The notes under the pieces: generated by a model
What the model saw: only the letters and a program-made list of their open reading frames with translations
Databases searched by the model: none
Told to the model about the DNA's origin: nothing
Program-made: the position numbers and the translations under genes
DNA from: a virus
Reading direction: 5' to 3' (one strand)
Virus record (IMG/VR): IMGVR_UViG_3300027747_002579
Coordinates: 43,672-107,671 of that record
DNA: 64,000 nucleotides
Shown: positions 20,449 to 30,072 of the stretch, piece after piece
Position numbering within the stretch: position 1 is the first letter of the stretch
Layout: each line of letters opens with the position of its first letter

Positions 20449-20868
20449 ATGAAATCAATATTTCCAAAAGAAATGCTAGGAGAGGGAATGAACAATTCCC
20501 TTTCTCTAGATAAGATAAAAGCAAAGCTTAATTACTTTGAGCTTCAAGTGCATGAATTGCATTGGCAGACAAAAGGATTTGCAGAACACGACGCATTAGG
20601 AAAACTCTATGATGGTGTTTTTGATTTCAAAGATGAAATTGTAGAAAAGATAATGGGCTATTCAGGAATAAGAACAAAAGCTATGCCTGTAGAACCCATC
20701 AAAGACTATTCTATAGGAATATCTGAACAAGTGGTAAATGATTTAATATCATTTGCAAAACAACTAGAACTCTTTGGCTCTGCAAATAACATGCCTGACA
20801 TAGAAAATGTAGCACAATCTCTTTCTGGACTTGCTGCTCAAACCAAATACAGATTAACTCTATCTTAA
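20449..20868 (+). CDS. Ferritin/Dps-like protein
   Basis: HW..KG...H..L..LY......DEIVE ferroxidase-type pattern. Confidence 0.75.
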   Translation: MKSIFPKEMLGEGMNNSLSLDKIKAKLNYFELQVHELHWQTKGFAEHDALGKLYDGVFDFKDEIVEKIMGYSGIRTKAMPVEPIKDYSIGISEQVVNDLISFAKQLELFGSANNMPDIENVAQSLSGLAAQTKYRLTLS

Positions 20869-21155
20869 TGCAAATAAGCACTAAATACTTCCCAAAGATA
20901 TTACAAGATAATGAAATGATTTATTTTGCCTATCTTGAGGCAGTGATAGATTCTGTAGACGAATTGTCTACATTAGAAATTATTAAGAACACAGATTCTT
21001 ACAACTTTAGACTAGCTCCTTCTCTTCCAAAATACAATAACATGCTAATAGAGGAATTATTAAAATTCCACAATCTATTAGGAATAGAGCTGATATTCTC
21101 TAAGAGTATAAAAACATCAAGTACAATTTTTTTCAAAATCAACCAACAATTATGA
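20868..21155 (+). CDS. Hypothetical protein
   Basis: Translationally coupled ORF. Confidence 0.6.
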   Translation: MQISTKYFPKILQDNEMIYFAYLEAVIDSVDELSTLEIIKNTDSYNFRLAPSLPKYNNMLIEELLKFHNLLGIELIFSKSIKTSSTIFFKINQQL

Positions 21156-21406
21156 AACTAGTGAAAGACGACAACACAACAAGTAGTGTTAAGCAAGTTT
21201 ATGATGCTAACAAGAATTACAAGTGGAAACCAGAGGATGTATTTGAAATCACAGGCAATCAGTTTGGTTCAATACTAAATGCCACCAGAGCGTTCCTAAA
21301 CACTCCAGAAGCAAAGAATGTATTAGCCATCCTCGAAGCCAACAAACAAATCGATGCCATTCTACAGAAGAACGTAGAAAATGGCATTATAGAGGAATCT
21401 CTATAG
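21152..21406 (+). CDS. Hypothetical protein
   Basis: ATGA overlap with the previous ORF. Confidence 0.6.
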   Translation: MKLVKDDNTTSSVKQVYDANKNYKWKPEDVFEITGNQFGSILNATRAFLNTPEAKNVLAILEANKQIDAILQKNVENGIIEESL

Positions 21407-21447
21407 AAAGTCCATATCCTATGAAAACAATTTTAAATTAAATTATA

Positions 21448-21609
21448 ATGAAAAAAGCAATAAAGCAATTTCAAGCAGGTGGTGTTGCAAGCAAATCTCC
21501 TAAAGCTCCATTAGTAGATCCAAAAGGAGCATTCACAAAAGTGCAAAAGAGAACATTAGCTAATAAGAAAATGTCTACAAAAATGTCTAAAATGTCTAAA
21601 AAGAAATAA
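21448..21609 (+). CDS. Small Lys-rich protein (53 aa)
   Basis: MKKAIKQFQAGGVASKSPK...MSKKK, read by hand. Confidence 0.7.
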   Translation: MKKAIKQFQAGGVASKSPKAPLVDPKGAFTKVQKRTLANKKMSTKMSKMSKKK

Positions 21610-21610
21610 C

Positions 21611-21775
21611 ATGGCAACAGACAAAAAGTGGATACAGAAGGCAGTCAAAACTATGCGTACAGATAAACCTTGTACAGGATCTAAGTTTGGATCTAAAACT
21701 TGTCCTCCAGGATCTAAGCGTTATAATTTAGCTAAAACATTCAAAGCCATGGGAAGAGCAAGAAAAGGAAAATAA
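21611..21775 (+). CDS. Small Lys-rich protein (54 aa)
   Basis: MATDKKWIQKAVK...CTGSKFGSKTCPPGSKRYNLAKTFK..., read by hand. Confidence 0.75.
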   Translation: MATDKKWIQKAVKTMRTDKPCTGSKFGSKTCPPGSKRYNLAKTFKAMGRARKGK

Positions 21776-21903
21776 TGAAAAAGAAAATAACAGACGTTTG
21801 GAGCGATGTTAAAAAATCTATGGTTTCTCCTAAAGAAGAAAACTTTATGAAAAAACAAAAGAGAAAACTCTCCAAAATAAAACCCATAAAGAAACAAAAA
21901 TGA
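21775..21903 (+). CDS. Small Lys-rich protein (42 aa)
   Basis: TAATG overlap; MKKKITDVWSDVKK... Confidence 0.6.
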   Translation: MKKKITDVWSDVKKSMVSPKEENFMKKQKRKLSKIKPIKKQK

Positions 21904-22049
21904 AAAAGATGATTAAGAGGGCAGATGGTTCTACATCTCAACATGGTCTTTGGGATTCTATTCGTGAAAACAAAGGCAGTGGAAAGAAGCCCACAAAAGC
22001 TATGTTAACACAAGAGAAGAAAATAAAAGCAAAAGCTAAAAAGAAATAA
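21900..22049 (+). CDS. Small Lys-rich protein (49 aa)
   Basis: ATGA overlap; MKKMIKRADGSTSQHGLWDSIR... Confidence 0.7.
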   Translation: MKKMIKRADGSTSQHGLWDSIRENKGSGKKPTKAMLTQEKKIKAKAKKK

Positions 22050-22051
22050 TA

Positions 22052-22363
22052 ATGGCTTACATTAAGAAGTCTGGTCCTTGGAATCCACAGAAAGCTGAAG
22101 CCTATGTAGGTAAAGGTGTTCTAAAGAACGGAGGAAATGTAAAAGTGAGTGCAGGTGGTGAGAAGCATGTTGTATATAAAAAAACAAGTGCTACAGGAAT
22201 AGGCAAGGGTAAGAAAGGTGATATTATGGTAAACCATCCTACAAAAGACAAAGGAAAATGGGACACTATAGACCTCACACAAAAATCAAAAGCTAAAACT
22301 ATTAAACAAGGAGTGGCTTCTGTTAAGAAGTGGCACAAAGAACATCCTTACAAAAAGAAATAA
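22052..22363 (+). CDS. Basic hypothetical protein
   Basis: Lys/Gly-rich, 103 aa. Confidence 0.7.
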   Translation: MAYIKKSGPWNPQKAEAYVGKGVLKNGGNVKVSAGGEKHVVYKKTSATGIGKGKKGDIMVNHPTKDKGKWDTIDLTQKSKAKTIKQGVASVKKWHKEHPYKKK

Positions 22364-22364
22364 C

Positions 22365-22631
22365 ATGGCAACTGTTAAAAAAACACACAAAACACCTGCA
22401 TGGACCCGCTCTGAAGGTAAATCAAAATCAGGAGGATTGAATGCTAAAGGAAGAGCTTCTTACAACAAAGCTACAGGAGGACATTTAAAACCCCCACAAC
22501 CAGAGGGTGGTCCAAGAAAGAAATCATTTTGTAGTAGAATGTCAGGAATGAAGAAGAAGCTTACAAGTTCTAAAACTGCTAATGATCCTAACAGCAGAAT
22601 TAACAAAAGTCTTCGTAAATGGAAGTGCTAA
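22365..22631 (+). CDS. Basic phage protein, DUF6321-like
   Basis: AW.R.EGK...GGLN.KGR.SY...RKKSFC.RM...WKC pattern. Confidence 0.65.
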   Translation: MATVKKTHKTPAWTRSEGKSKSGGLNAKGRASYNKATGGHLKPPQPEGGPRKKSFCSRMSGMKKKLTSSKTANDPNSRINKSLRKWKC

Positions 22632-22650
22632 AAAACAAATAATAATAATT

Positions 22651-23070
22651 ATGAAAACTGTTAAGAAATCAGCAGCTAAGAAAATGGTTAAGAAAGCTGC
22701 TCCTAAAATGATGGCAAAGCCTGCCCCTAAAATGCCTATGCAAGCTCCTCAACAAGAAGCTCCTATGATGAAAATAGGTGGTAAGATGCCTAAGGCTAAT
22801 TTTGGTCAAAATTTATTAAAAGGACCAATAGGAATGGGTATTGACATGATTAAGAACAATAACAAACCTGCTACACCTCCTGCTAATTCAATGATGAAGA
22901 AGGGTGGAACAATGAAGAAAGCTAAAGCAGGTGGATCATTTCCTGATCTTAACAAAGATGGTAAAATCACCAAAGCTGATGTATTAGTTGGACGTGGTGT
23001 TATCAAGTCTCCTAAGAAGACAATGAAGACTGGTGGCACAATGAAGAAATGTAAAATGGGTTGTTACTAA
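22651..23070 (+). CDS. Lys/Met/Pro-rich protein with repeated xKxGG and an EF-hand-like loop
   Basis: ATG at 22651; MKIGG, MKKGG, AKAGG, MKTGG; DLNKDGKITKAD. Confidence 0.7.
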   Translation: MKTVKKSAAKKMVKKAAPKMMAKPAPKMPMQAPQQEAPMMKIGGKMPKANFGQNLLKGPIGMGIDMIKNNNKPATPPANSMMKKGGTMKKAKAGGSFPDLNKDGKITKADVLVGRGVIKSPKKTMKTGGTMKKCKMGCY

Positions 23071-23222
23071 TGACATACGGAAAAACAAACAAGAAGAACA
23101 AAGCTCCAAAGGTGGCTATTCCTAAGAAGAATAAACCATTCTCAGAGACAAAAACCACAGACGATAAATCATCACGAACCTCTCCCATGCAATTGTTAAA
23201 AAAGAAAAGACTTTCTAAATAA
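23070..23222 (+). CDS. Small Lys-rich protein (50 aa)
   Basis: TAATG overlap; MTYGKTNKKNKAPK...LKKKRLSK. Confidence 0.6.
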   Translation: MTYGKTNKKNKAPKVAIPKKNKPFSETKTTDDKSSRTSPMQLLKKKRLSK

Positions 23223-23223
23223 A

Positions 23224-23251
23224 GAATCCCCTCAATTACGAGGGGATTTTT
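23224..23251. terminator. Intrinsic terminator between convergent gene blocks
   Basis: ATCCCCTC-AATTAC-GAGGGGAT hairpin with T-tract, at the strand switch. Confidence 0.8.
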
Positions 23252-23252
23252 G

Positions 23253-24122
23253 TTATAATAAGTGTAGATAATCAGAGTGATTTCCCCAATAGTCTTGATT
23301 TAAATATAAATCATGAGTGTTATATATACTGTAGTGTGATGTGAAATGTTTGCCATGATTTATGTGCACGGCTGGATTTATACATTTCCATTTTCTTCTC
23401 TTTATGTACTGAGGCTCAATCATTCCACTGTTTGTAATAAGAGCATTTGCAAGAATTTCTTCACAATGTGTAATTGCATCAGCAAACTTCATAGTCATTT
23501 GATGAAATGGCTCATGGTCTGCTGTCTTGTCTTGCCATCCCATTTTATTAATTCCCATGTAGTTCATGTTAGTGATCACTTCACCATTATTAAATTCTGG
23601 ATAGTCAAAATATCCTTCTGGATAGAGAACATCATGTTCTAAAAAAGAAACATATTCATAATTATGAATTTCTCTAGCAGCATATAAGAGCTGCATAATT
23701 TGCAACAATTGATTTAAATGAGAAGAAGTTTTTGTCCAAGCTATATATTCTACAAAAGGATTTTCTGGCTCGTGTTGCCACATACAAGTTAATATGTCAG
23801 CTTTTCCTTCTGCTGCTTTTTTAATTGATGCCAATGAAGCTCTTATTGCAGGATATATTTCAGGAGTGTTGTTGTTAGAATAAAATATTCCAAGTTTGTT
23901 TTTTGTAGAAAGTGGAAAAACAAGAAGATCTCCCTCTCTTATAGACAAGTTGTGAATTTTTTCATCATGTTCTATTTCTACATTAAGATATTTTACAGTT
24001 CCTGTAGAAGGATCTCCTATTATGTTATTATTAGAATGAGTGATTAATATATTATTCTTCATTCTTTTTTGCATTACATCTGTACAGTCTACATCACCAT
24101 ACGTAGCTTTTATTATTTTCAT
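23253..24122 (-). CDS. Glycosyltransferase (GT-A-like) with N-terminal lectin-like domain
   Basis: N-terminal IIKATYG...GDP..GTVKYL (SUEL/DUF3395-like); FLEHDVLY (ExD) motif; C-terminal H.NH. Confidence 0.55.
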   Translation of the reverse strand: MKIIKATYGDVDCTDVMQKRMKNNILITHSNNNIIGDPSTGTVKYLNVEIEHDEKIHNLSIREGDLLVFPLSTKNKLGIFYSNNNTPEIYPAIRASLASIKKAAEGKADILTCMWQHEPENPFVEYIAWTKTSSHLNQLLQIMQLLYAAREIHNYEYVSFLEHDVLYPEGYFDYPEFNNGEVITNMNYMGINKMGWQDKTADHEPFHQMTMKFADAITHCEEILANALITNSGMIEPQYIKRRKWKCINPAVHINHGKHFTSHYSIYNTHDLYLNQDYWGNHSDYLHLL

Positions 24123-24421
24123 TATTCAATATTTAAAGCTTTAAAAAATCTTTCTCCATCTGTAGAAGAAAGATAGATTTCTGATTGAAACATGTTACGT
24201 TGTCTTTTCAATCCTCTCACTCTTCCTGTTTTAACATCTACATCTTCTACGTCTTGTGATCTTTCGTGCAAATCATCTAATAACACTAACACTCTATCAT
24301 CTTCAAGAGAAATAGTTCTAATCACTTTGTTAACATTAAAACTGTCTGTGAAGGTTTTAAATTCAGGAGCTTCTGGTGTTCCTCCTACGACTTCTTGTCG
24401 TGTGTAAAAAAATTGGTTCAT
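24122..24421 (-). CDS. Hypothetical protein
   Basis: 99-aa coupled ORF. Confidence 0.6.
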   Translation of the reverse strand: MNQFFYTRQEVVGGTPEAPEFKTFTDSFNVNKVIRTISLEDDRVLVLLDDLHERSQDVEDVDVKTGRVRGLKRQRNMFQSEIYLSSTDGERFFKALNIE

Positions 24422-24432
24422 ATTTGTTTGAT

Positions 24433-25083
24433 TTATTTTCCATAAATGTGATCTAATATTTTTCCTACAAGATCAGAACGATGATTTTCTTTTAATTTAA
24501 TCCATTTAATTTCAGGAATATGTTTAGATAATTCTATAACAAAATCTAAACCAGTATAACCATCTTTAATGTCTCGTTGAGAAAGATCTCCATTAATAAT
24601 GATTTTTCCAACTTTACCCAATCTAGTTAAAAGTGCTTCCATTCTGTGTCTGGTTACATTCTGAGCTTCTTCTAAAATTAATACATCATCAATAGTTTTC
24701 CCTCTAATAAAATTAATTGGTCCTCCTTTTATTTTTCCTGCTACTATATAGTCTTGGATTTTTTGTTTATCCATACATTTTTCAAAATTTTCCAAAGCAG
24801 CTTCTAAATAAGGATTCATTTTATCATCAATGTTTCCAGGAAGAAAACCCATACTATCTCCCACCTCAACAAGAGTTCGTGTAATTAATATTCTATCACA
24901 CATTTTTTTATTAAGAAAATCTAAAGCTGCTTGAATTCCTACTAATGATTTACCACAGCCAGCTCTTCCTGTAATAACAACAATTTGATTGTCAATGATT
25001 AAATTTTTAGCTTCTCTCTGTTCTTCGTTTAATGTAACTTTGTACTTAATTTCATTCTTTCGTTCTCTGTTAGGTTCCCTCAT
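24433..25083 (-). CDS. phoH: PhoH-like ATPase
   Basis: GRAGCGKS, GFLPG, RGKT, EEAQN, LTRLG, GD..Q.D, HRS. Confidence 0.92.
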   Translation of the reverse strand: MREPNRERKNEIKYKVTLNEEQREAKNLIIDNQIVVITGRAGCGKSLVGIQAALDFLNKKMCDRILITRTLVEVGDSMGFLPGNIDDKMNPYLEAALENFEKCMDKQKIQDYIVAGKIKGGPINFIRGKTIDDVLILEEAQNVTRHRMEALLTRLGKVGKIIINGDLSQRDIKDGYTGLDFVIELSKHIPEIKWIKLKENHRSDLVGKILDHIYGK

Positions 25084-25462
25084 ATTTCTGTTTTACAATA
25101 TTTATTCTGTTTTTAACATAATCACTAGCGAATCCTCTAGTTTTTTCATCATGACATTTCAAACACACTAACATTATGTTTTCTTCTTCCAATCTTAACT
25201 CTGGATGAGACTTCTTCTCTAGAAGATGATCAAACATGTAAGAGAGTGGCTCTTTTCCAAGCCACTCTCCACAGTTTTCACATTCATGCTTTTTCCTCTT
25301 GTTCCATATTCCTAAAAAGAAATCTCTCATTTGTGTAGCATTCTCATTATCAGAAGATTTAGTAGGAGAAGTTGCTCTACGAGAAATAGGTTTTCTTGGT
25401 TTATGGTGGAAGCAATATTCTCCGTCACAGTTTTTTCCACATGTCTTACACTTCGATTTCAT
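25070..25462 (-). CDS. HNH endonuclease family protein
   Basis: CENC...DH......HPE.....EN...CLKCH. Confidence 0.75.
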   Translation of the reverse strand: MKSKCKTCGKNCDGEYCFHHKPRKPISRRATSPTKSSDNENATQMRDFFLGIWNKRKKHECENCGEWLGKEPLSYMFDHLLEKKSHPELRLEEENIMLVCLKCHDEKTRGFASDYVKNRINIVKQKYEGT

Positions 25463-25522
25463 TTCTGTATTGCTTCTGCTGTAAAAATAGTAATAAATAT
25501 TGATTTGGCATAAAATATTTGT

Positions 25523-25957
25523 TTAAGACAATCCTGTACTGCCAAATCCACCTGTTCCTCTCTCTGTCACATTATCAAAATCTTCAACGATTTCAAAATC
25601 TACATCATTCACTCTCTCAAAATAAATCTGTGCTATTCTGTCTCCTACACCATAAGGAAGAGGTTCAAGTAGATTGTTAGTGAGAGATGTAAGTTTTATC
25701 ATCACTTCTCCTCTGTAATCAGAATCAATTTGTCCTGGAGAATTCACCATAGTCCAATTATGTTTTGTTAAGTTGCTTCTAGGAACAATTATTCCTTTCC
25801 ATCCTTTAGGGATTTGCATAGCCCAACCAATACCATAGGTGACGGTTCTTCTATTTACGTCTACAGAGGTTGCATAAACATCGTAGCACGCTGCTTCTTC
25901 AGATGCTTTAATTGGAATAACAGCATTAGGATGCGTCTTCTTGAATTTCACTATCAT
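25523..25957 (-). CDS. dut: Trimeric dUTPase
   Basis: AACYD, PRS, GQIDSDYRGE, RIAQ, RGTGGFGSTG. Confidence 0.95.
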   Translation of the reverse strand: MIVKFKKTHPNAVIPIKASEEAACYDVYATSVDVNRRTVTYGIGWAMQIPKGWKGIIVPRSNLTKHNWTMVNSPGQIDSDYRGEVMIKLTSLTNNLLEPLPYGVGDRIAQIYFERVNDVDFEIVEDFDNVTERGTGGFGSTGLS

Positions 25958-26966
25958 TTGTTTCTATTTGTGGGTTTAAAATTATATTTCTCAATCTTTC
26001 TTGAAATTCAACATTGTCTATTAACAATTTCTTGAATTCATCAATGTCATATTTCACTTCTTCAAATGTAACAGTTTTTCCGTACTTCTTGATTATTCCA
26101 TCTTCAGAAGCAATGTCTATCAATTCTTGCACCTTATCAATACCTTCTCCATAAATAATGTTGAATTCACATTCTTGGAAAGGACTTCCTAATTTATTCT
26201 TCTCCACCTTCACCTTAGTGAGATTACCAAGCTTTATATCACCTTCCATTACAGAATTATCTTTAGTGGTACTTCTACTCACCTTTAGTCTAACGTGAGC
26301 ATAAAATCTTAATGCGTTGCCTCCTTGTGTGGTTTCTGGACTTCCAAACATAACACCAATTTTCTCTCTCAATTGTCCTATAAAAATAAATAAAACATTG
26401 TATTTAGAAGCAAGTGTGTTAGCCTTCATTACAGCTTGATTAAGCATTCTTGCATGAATTCCTAATGTGTTATCACCTAATTCTCCATTAACGATTTTTG
26501 AAGGCTGTAGTGAGTTGTAGGAGTCTATTACAACAAGTCCTATTTCTCCTGTTTCTACAAGCTTCTCCATTTTATTATATGCACCTTCTCCAGCATGTTC
26601 ATCTAATTGAATTACATATAATTCTTTTAGATTTACACCTAACGCTGTAGCATATTTTGCATCTAAAGAATCCTCACCATCCACTAACAAACATTTCACT
26701 CCTGCTTTCTGATAGTTTGCCATGATGGTTTGTGTCAACGTTGATTTTCCTGAAGATTCCCATCCATAAACTTCTAAAATCTTACCACTATTCTTAGGAA
26801 GTCCTCCTATACCCAAAGCTCTGTCAAGACCTAATGATCCTGTAGAAATAACATCATGATGTTCTTTAGCTTCATTACCATGAATAACACTTCCTCCACC
26901 ATACTCCTTGTTCAGCTCCTTAATCACTTCTTCTATAGATTTTTTTGCTTCTTTACTCTTTGCCAT
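25926..26966 (-). CDS. recA: RecA-family recombinase
   Basis: ISTGSLGLDRALGIGG, GWESSGKST, QLREKIGVMFGSPETTQGGNALRFYA; likely ATG at 26966. Confidence 0.95.
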   Translation of the reverse strand: MAKSKEAKKSIEEVIKELNKEYGGGSVIHGNEAKEHHDVISTGSLGLDRALGIGGLPKNSGKILEVYGWESSGKSTLTQTIMANYQKAGVKCLLVDGEDSLDAKYATALGVNLKELYVIQLDEHAGEGAYNKMEKLVETGEIGLVVIDSYNSLQPSKIVNGELGDNTLGIHARMLNQAVMKANTLASKYNVLFIFIGQLREKIGVMFGSPETTQGGNALRFYAHVRLKVSRSTTKDNSVMEGDIKLGNLTKVKVEKNKLGSPFQECEFNIIYGEGIDKVQELIDIASEDGIIKKYGKTVTFEEVKYDIDEFKKLLIDNVEFQERLRNIILNPQIETNDSEIQEDAS

Positions 26967-27141
26967 ATTCTTCTTTTGGTTTAATTGTTTTAATTCCTTT
27001 AACATGCTCTGGAAAATATGGACAATGCCTACATTTGTTTCCGCAGCACACCTCTCTTTCTAAATGATAGAGGGCGGTAAACACCACCCTCCCATCATCT
27101 AAATAGTAATGAACATCTTTTATAAATGGTTTTTTCTCCAT
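26953..27141 (-). CDS. Small Cys-rich protein (DUF5522-like)
   Basis: VFT..YHL.R..CCGNKCRHCPY. Confidence 0.7.
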   Translation of the reverse strand: MEKKPFIKDVHYYLDDGRVVFTALYHLEREVCCGNKCRHCPYFPEHVKGIKTIKPKEEYGKE

Positions 27142-27144
27142 ATG

Positions 27145-30003
27145 CTAAATGTTAATTTCACATTGACCACCACCACAAGCTTGTACATCATTAAAGTTTA
27201 CAGTGTCTTCAACTTCTATCACCTTTGTAAGATCAATAGTTTTGAGAGATTCTATTCTCCTATTGTATTCTTCTTCAGTAATTTCAGAAAAAGGTGCTTG
27301 TACATAACTTCCATTATCATAAGGTAGAACACTAATTCCATTATACACATCTCTATTCTCCCACATCCATTGTCCTACAGCTTCCCATTCATCTTTTGAT
27401 TCAGATTCAAAGTTCACAAAATCATTTGGATAATATTTTCTATTCTTATCTATAGAAACTGTAACAGAGACATTGTGCGTATTATCACCATGAATATGTC
27501 CTGGTAATATCCATTCTGTAGAAAACTTCTTTACACGTTCTAATGTATCAATAGCTGTCTCATTTCTAAATATAGAACCTTCTGGAGCTTTAACAGGAAT
27601 CCTAATGCATACAGTGTCTTTTGGTCTAAGAATATCGTCTTCACACATTTCAGGATGATGTATCATTAAATAAGCAGCAATGTCTTCATTCTTATTAAAT
27701 CTCATTGTTCTCAAATAATAAGGAGCATGCCATGCATGTATTCCTGAAGAAGTTCCTAACACTAATGATGTAGTTCCTGAAGGCTTAATGCATGTAATAC
27801 GAGCAGCTTCATTAATTCCTATAATAGCACTGATGTTACTATTTGTTTCTTTAGCAACAGTTGCTGCTATTTCAAGATTGTATTTAAGAATCTCACCACT
27901 ACCTATTCCAGTCATTCCTATACCCAATAAAGCATCTTTATCTGTGGTTTGTTTCCATATAGGTCGTAAATAATGAAAGTCTGTAAATCCTGCTTGCAAT
28001 GTTCCAAAGAAAGCAGCAGCTCCCACTCTATTGCATAAGTCTTCTTGACTTACAATATCAGAAACATTCACTTCACATAAATTGCAAAAAGAGTTTGGAC
28101 GTAAAGCAATCTCACAATTATGAGCAATCACTCCTTCCACCACTCCCCAATGTGTATCATCTTCTAAATTAAAATCAAAAACTTGTTGTGTTGCAGACTC
28201 ATAAACAGATTTCAAAACTTTAGGAGCTTTTTCTTTAATTAACTCTTCTAAAGCATTTTGTTTATACGTGTGAATAAAGTTAATTTTTTCAGCAAAGGTT
28301 AAAACAGATTGAAACTGTGTTATATTTAAATCATAAGATTCTTTGCAAACATAATTACCATTACTAAACGCCACCTCTTTTGATTTATTTGTAGTGTAAT
28401 AGCAAGCTATATTTTGATTTTCTAAAATCTTTTTCACTGCAAGAATTAATTCAAGACATGAAGACTTTAAAGAAACTCTATGTTTAGATATAACAGAACC
28501 ATTTGCAGAATAAAGTCCTTTTAAAAATTGCAATTGATCTGCTGCTTTCCAATAAAAAATTGTTGATGGTAATTTTCTTTTAGGTAAATTTTCAGAAGAA
28601 AATCCTAGAACACTTAACATATTGTTATATCCAGACACATATTGATTTCCTGTTTCAGAAAATCCAAATATTTCAGCAACATCTAAATCTTTTTCACCAA
28701 AATAAACTTCCATACCTAGATGAGATTGAGAAGACAGTCTTCCTAAAGCTCCATCGCCCTGAATAAACCCATATTTTGTATATTCAGAAATCTCTTTGTT
28801 CATTCTATAGAAAGGCATCACTCTTTTTCCCACTAAACCTTCAGCAGGAACTTCTTCATTATCTACAGTTAAAAATATGTGATTTGGTGTACATGTAATT
28901 TTAGTTGTATCACTTAAACTCAATGTCATCACTTCTTTATCACCTGTGCTCCATACAGAAGCAGGAACATATTCTCCATTTTTGTTGATTGCCATAAAGT
29001 TTTTTCCTTCAAGACTTTCAAAAGATTCATATCCTTCAGCTGTTAGAAGTTTTGTATTTCCTGTAAAACAACAAGGATTGGACATCATATCTCTATTGTT
29101 TGTCCAATAAACTCCTGGTTCTCCAGATCCACTTGCTTCAATTCTTTCCCAAAGAGAATTAAAATCACTCTCTGTAATCTTATCTCTCTCAAGAACAGCA
29201 CTGTTGTTACATCTTCCTCTCTGCTCGTTAGTTTCCCACCATTCTCCATATTTACATGTAATCATTTCTTCATCATTATAGTCAAAGAAAGAAATACAAG
29301 CACTTCTTCTAATACCTCCTGACAAAACACTGTTTGCAATATGGCATATAATATCATGACATTCTAATGGAGAAAGTCTTTCTCCTTCTTTCTTCCTGTC
29401 AAGAATTGCTTGAATATGTACAAGACATATCTTCAATGGTTCTGGACCAGGAGCTTTACCGCCAGCTGTAACAAGCATTGCTCCTTTTTCTCTAATTGCT
29501 CTGAAATCAAAATTAGGAAGAAACTTTCCTTCTAAATATGATTTCATCAACACTTTAACAGCATCAGCCCACCCTAAAATTGAATCTTCGACAAGATAGG
29601 TTTTCTTCTTTCCAGGTTTTTTAATTGTTGGTAGAGAGTTAACATGATGTTTCTGAACAGAAAAGCCAAATCCACAACCTGACAATAACAAGAACATTGC
29701 TTCAGAGAAAGCATATACACTATCAATAGGAGCATAGCTACAATTGAATCCTCTAGCATTGTTCACTTCCATAGCAGGTCCTGCAAATTGCAGAGCTCTC
29801 ATAGAAGGTAACACTTTCTTTTCTCTAATGAATATTGTAGAAGCTTTGATTGCTTCTGTTAGCGTTGGATATTTCTTCACTAACATTGTTTCATACCTGT
29901 CCACTATCTCGTCCCATGTTTCTCTTCTGTTTTTCTCAGGGATAAATTTTGCATACTTACTAAACACCGTGAGCTTGGACAGCGTGTCAATTCCTAAATC
30001 CAT
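27145..30003 (-). CDS. nrdJ: Class II (B12-dependent) ribonucleotide reductase containing an intein
   Basis: PSMR, GGIRRSA, NPC|CE, KPSGT, C-terminal CGGGQC. Confidence 0.93.
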   Translation of the reverse strand: MDLGIDTLSKLTVFSKYAKFIPEKNRRETWDEIVDRYETMLVKKYPTLTEAIKASTIFIREKKVLPSMRALQFAGPAMEVNNARGFNCSYAPIDSVYAFSEAMFLLLSGCGFGFSVQKHHVNSLPTIKKPGKKKTYLVEDSILGWADAVKVLMKSYLEGKFLPNFDFRAIREKGAMLVTAGGKAPGPEPLKICLVHIQAILDRKKEGERLSPLECHDIICHIANSVLSGGIRRSACISFFDYNDEEMITCKYGEWWETNEQRGRCNNSAVLERDKITESDFNSLWERIEASGSGEPGVYWTNNRDMMSNPCCFTGNTKLLTAEGYESFESLEGKNFMAINKNGEYVPASVWSTGDKEVMTLSLSDTTKITCTPNHIFLTVDNEEVPAEGLVGKRVMPFYRMNKEISEYTKYGFIQGDGALGRLSSQSHLGMEVYFGEKDLDVAEIFGFSETGNQYVSGYNNMLSVLGFSSENLPKRKLPSTIFYWKAADQLQFLKGLYSANGSVISKHRVSLKSSCLELILAVKKILENQNIACYYTTNKSKEVAFSNGNYVCKESYDLNITQFQSVLTFAEKINFIHTYKQNALEELIKEKAPKVLKSVYESATQQVFDFNLEDDTHWGVVEGVIAHNCEIALRPNSFCNLCEVNVSDIVSQEDLCNRVGAAAFFGTLQAGFTDFHYLRPIWKQTTDKDALLGIGMTGIGSGEILKYNLEIAATVAKETNSNISAIIGINEAARITCIKPSGTTSLVLGTSSGIHAWHAPYYLRTMRFNKNEDIAAYLMIHHPEMCEDDILRPKDTVCIRIPVKAPEGSIFRNETAIDTLERVKKFSTEWILPGHIHGDNTHNVSVTVSIDKNRKYYPNDFVNFESESKDEWEAVGQWMWENRDVYNGISVLPYDNGSYVQAPFSEITEEEYNRRIESLKTIDLTKVIEVEDTVNFNDVQACGGGQCEINI
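28117..29070 (-). mobile_element. 318-aa intein with LAGLIDADG endonuclease in RNR
   Basis: Begins CFTGNT after NPC and ends IAHN before C; YGFIQGDG and FLKGLYSANGS LAGLIDADG blocks. Confidence 0.92.
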
Positions 30004-30026
30004 ATTGTTTGTTTTTGATTAAAAAT

Positions 30027-30056
30027 AAAAAGGGGGTAGTAAAAATACCCCCTTTT
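30027..30056 (-). terminator. Intrinsic terminator
   Basis: AAAAGGGGGTA...TACCCCCTTTT hairpin. Confidence 0.7.
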
Positions 30057-30072
30057 ATTTATATTTCCAAAT

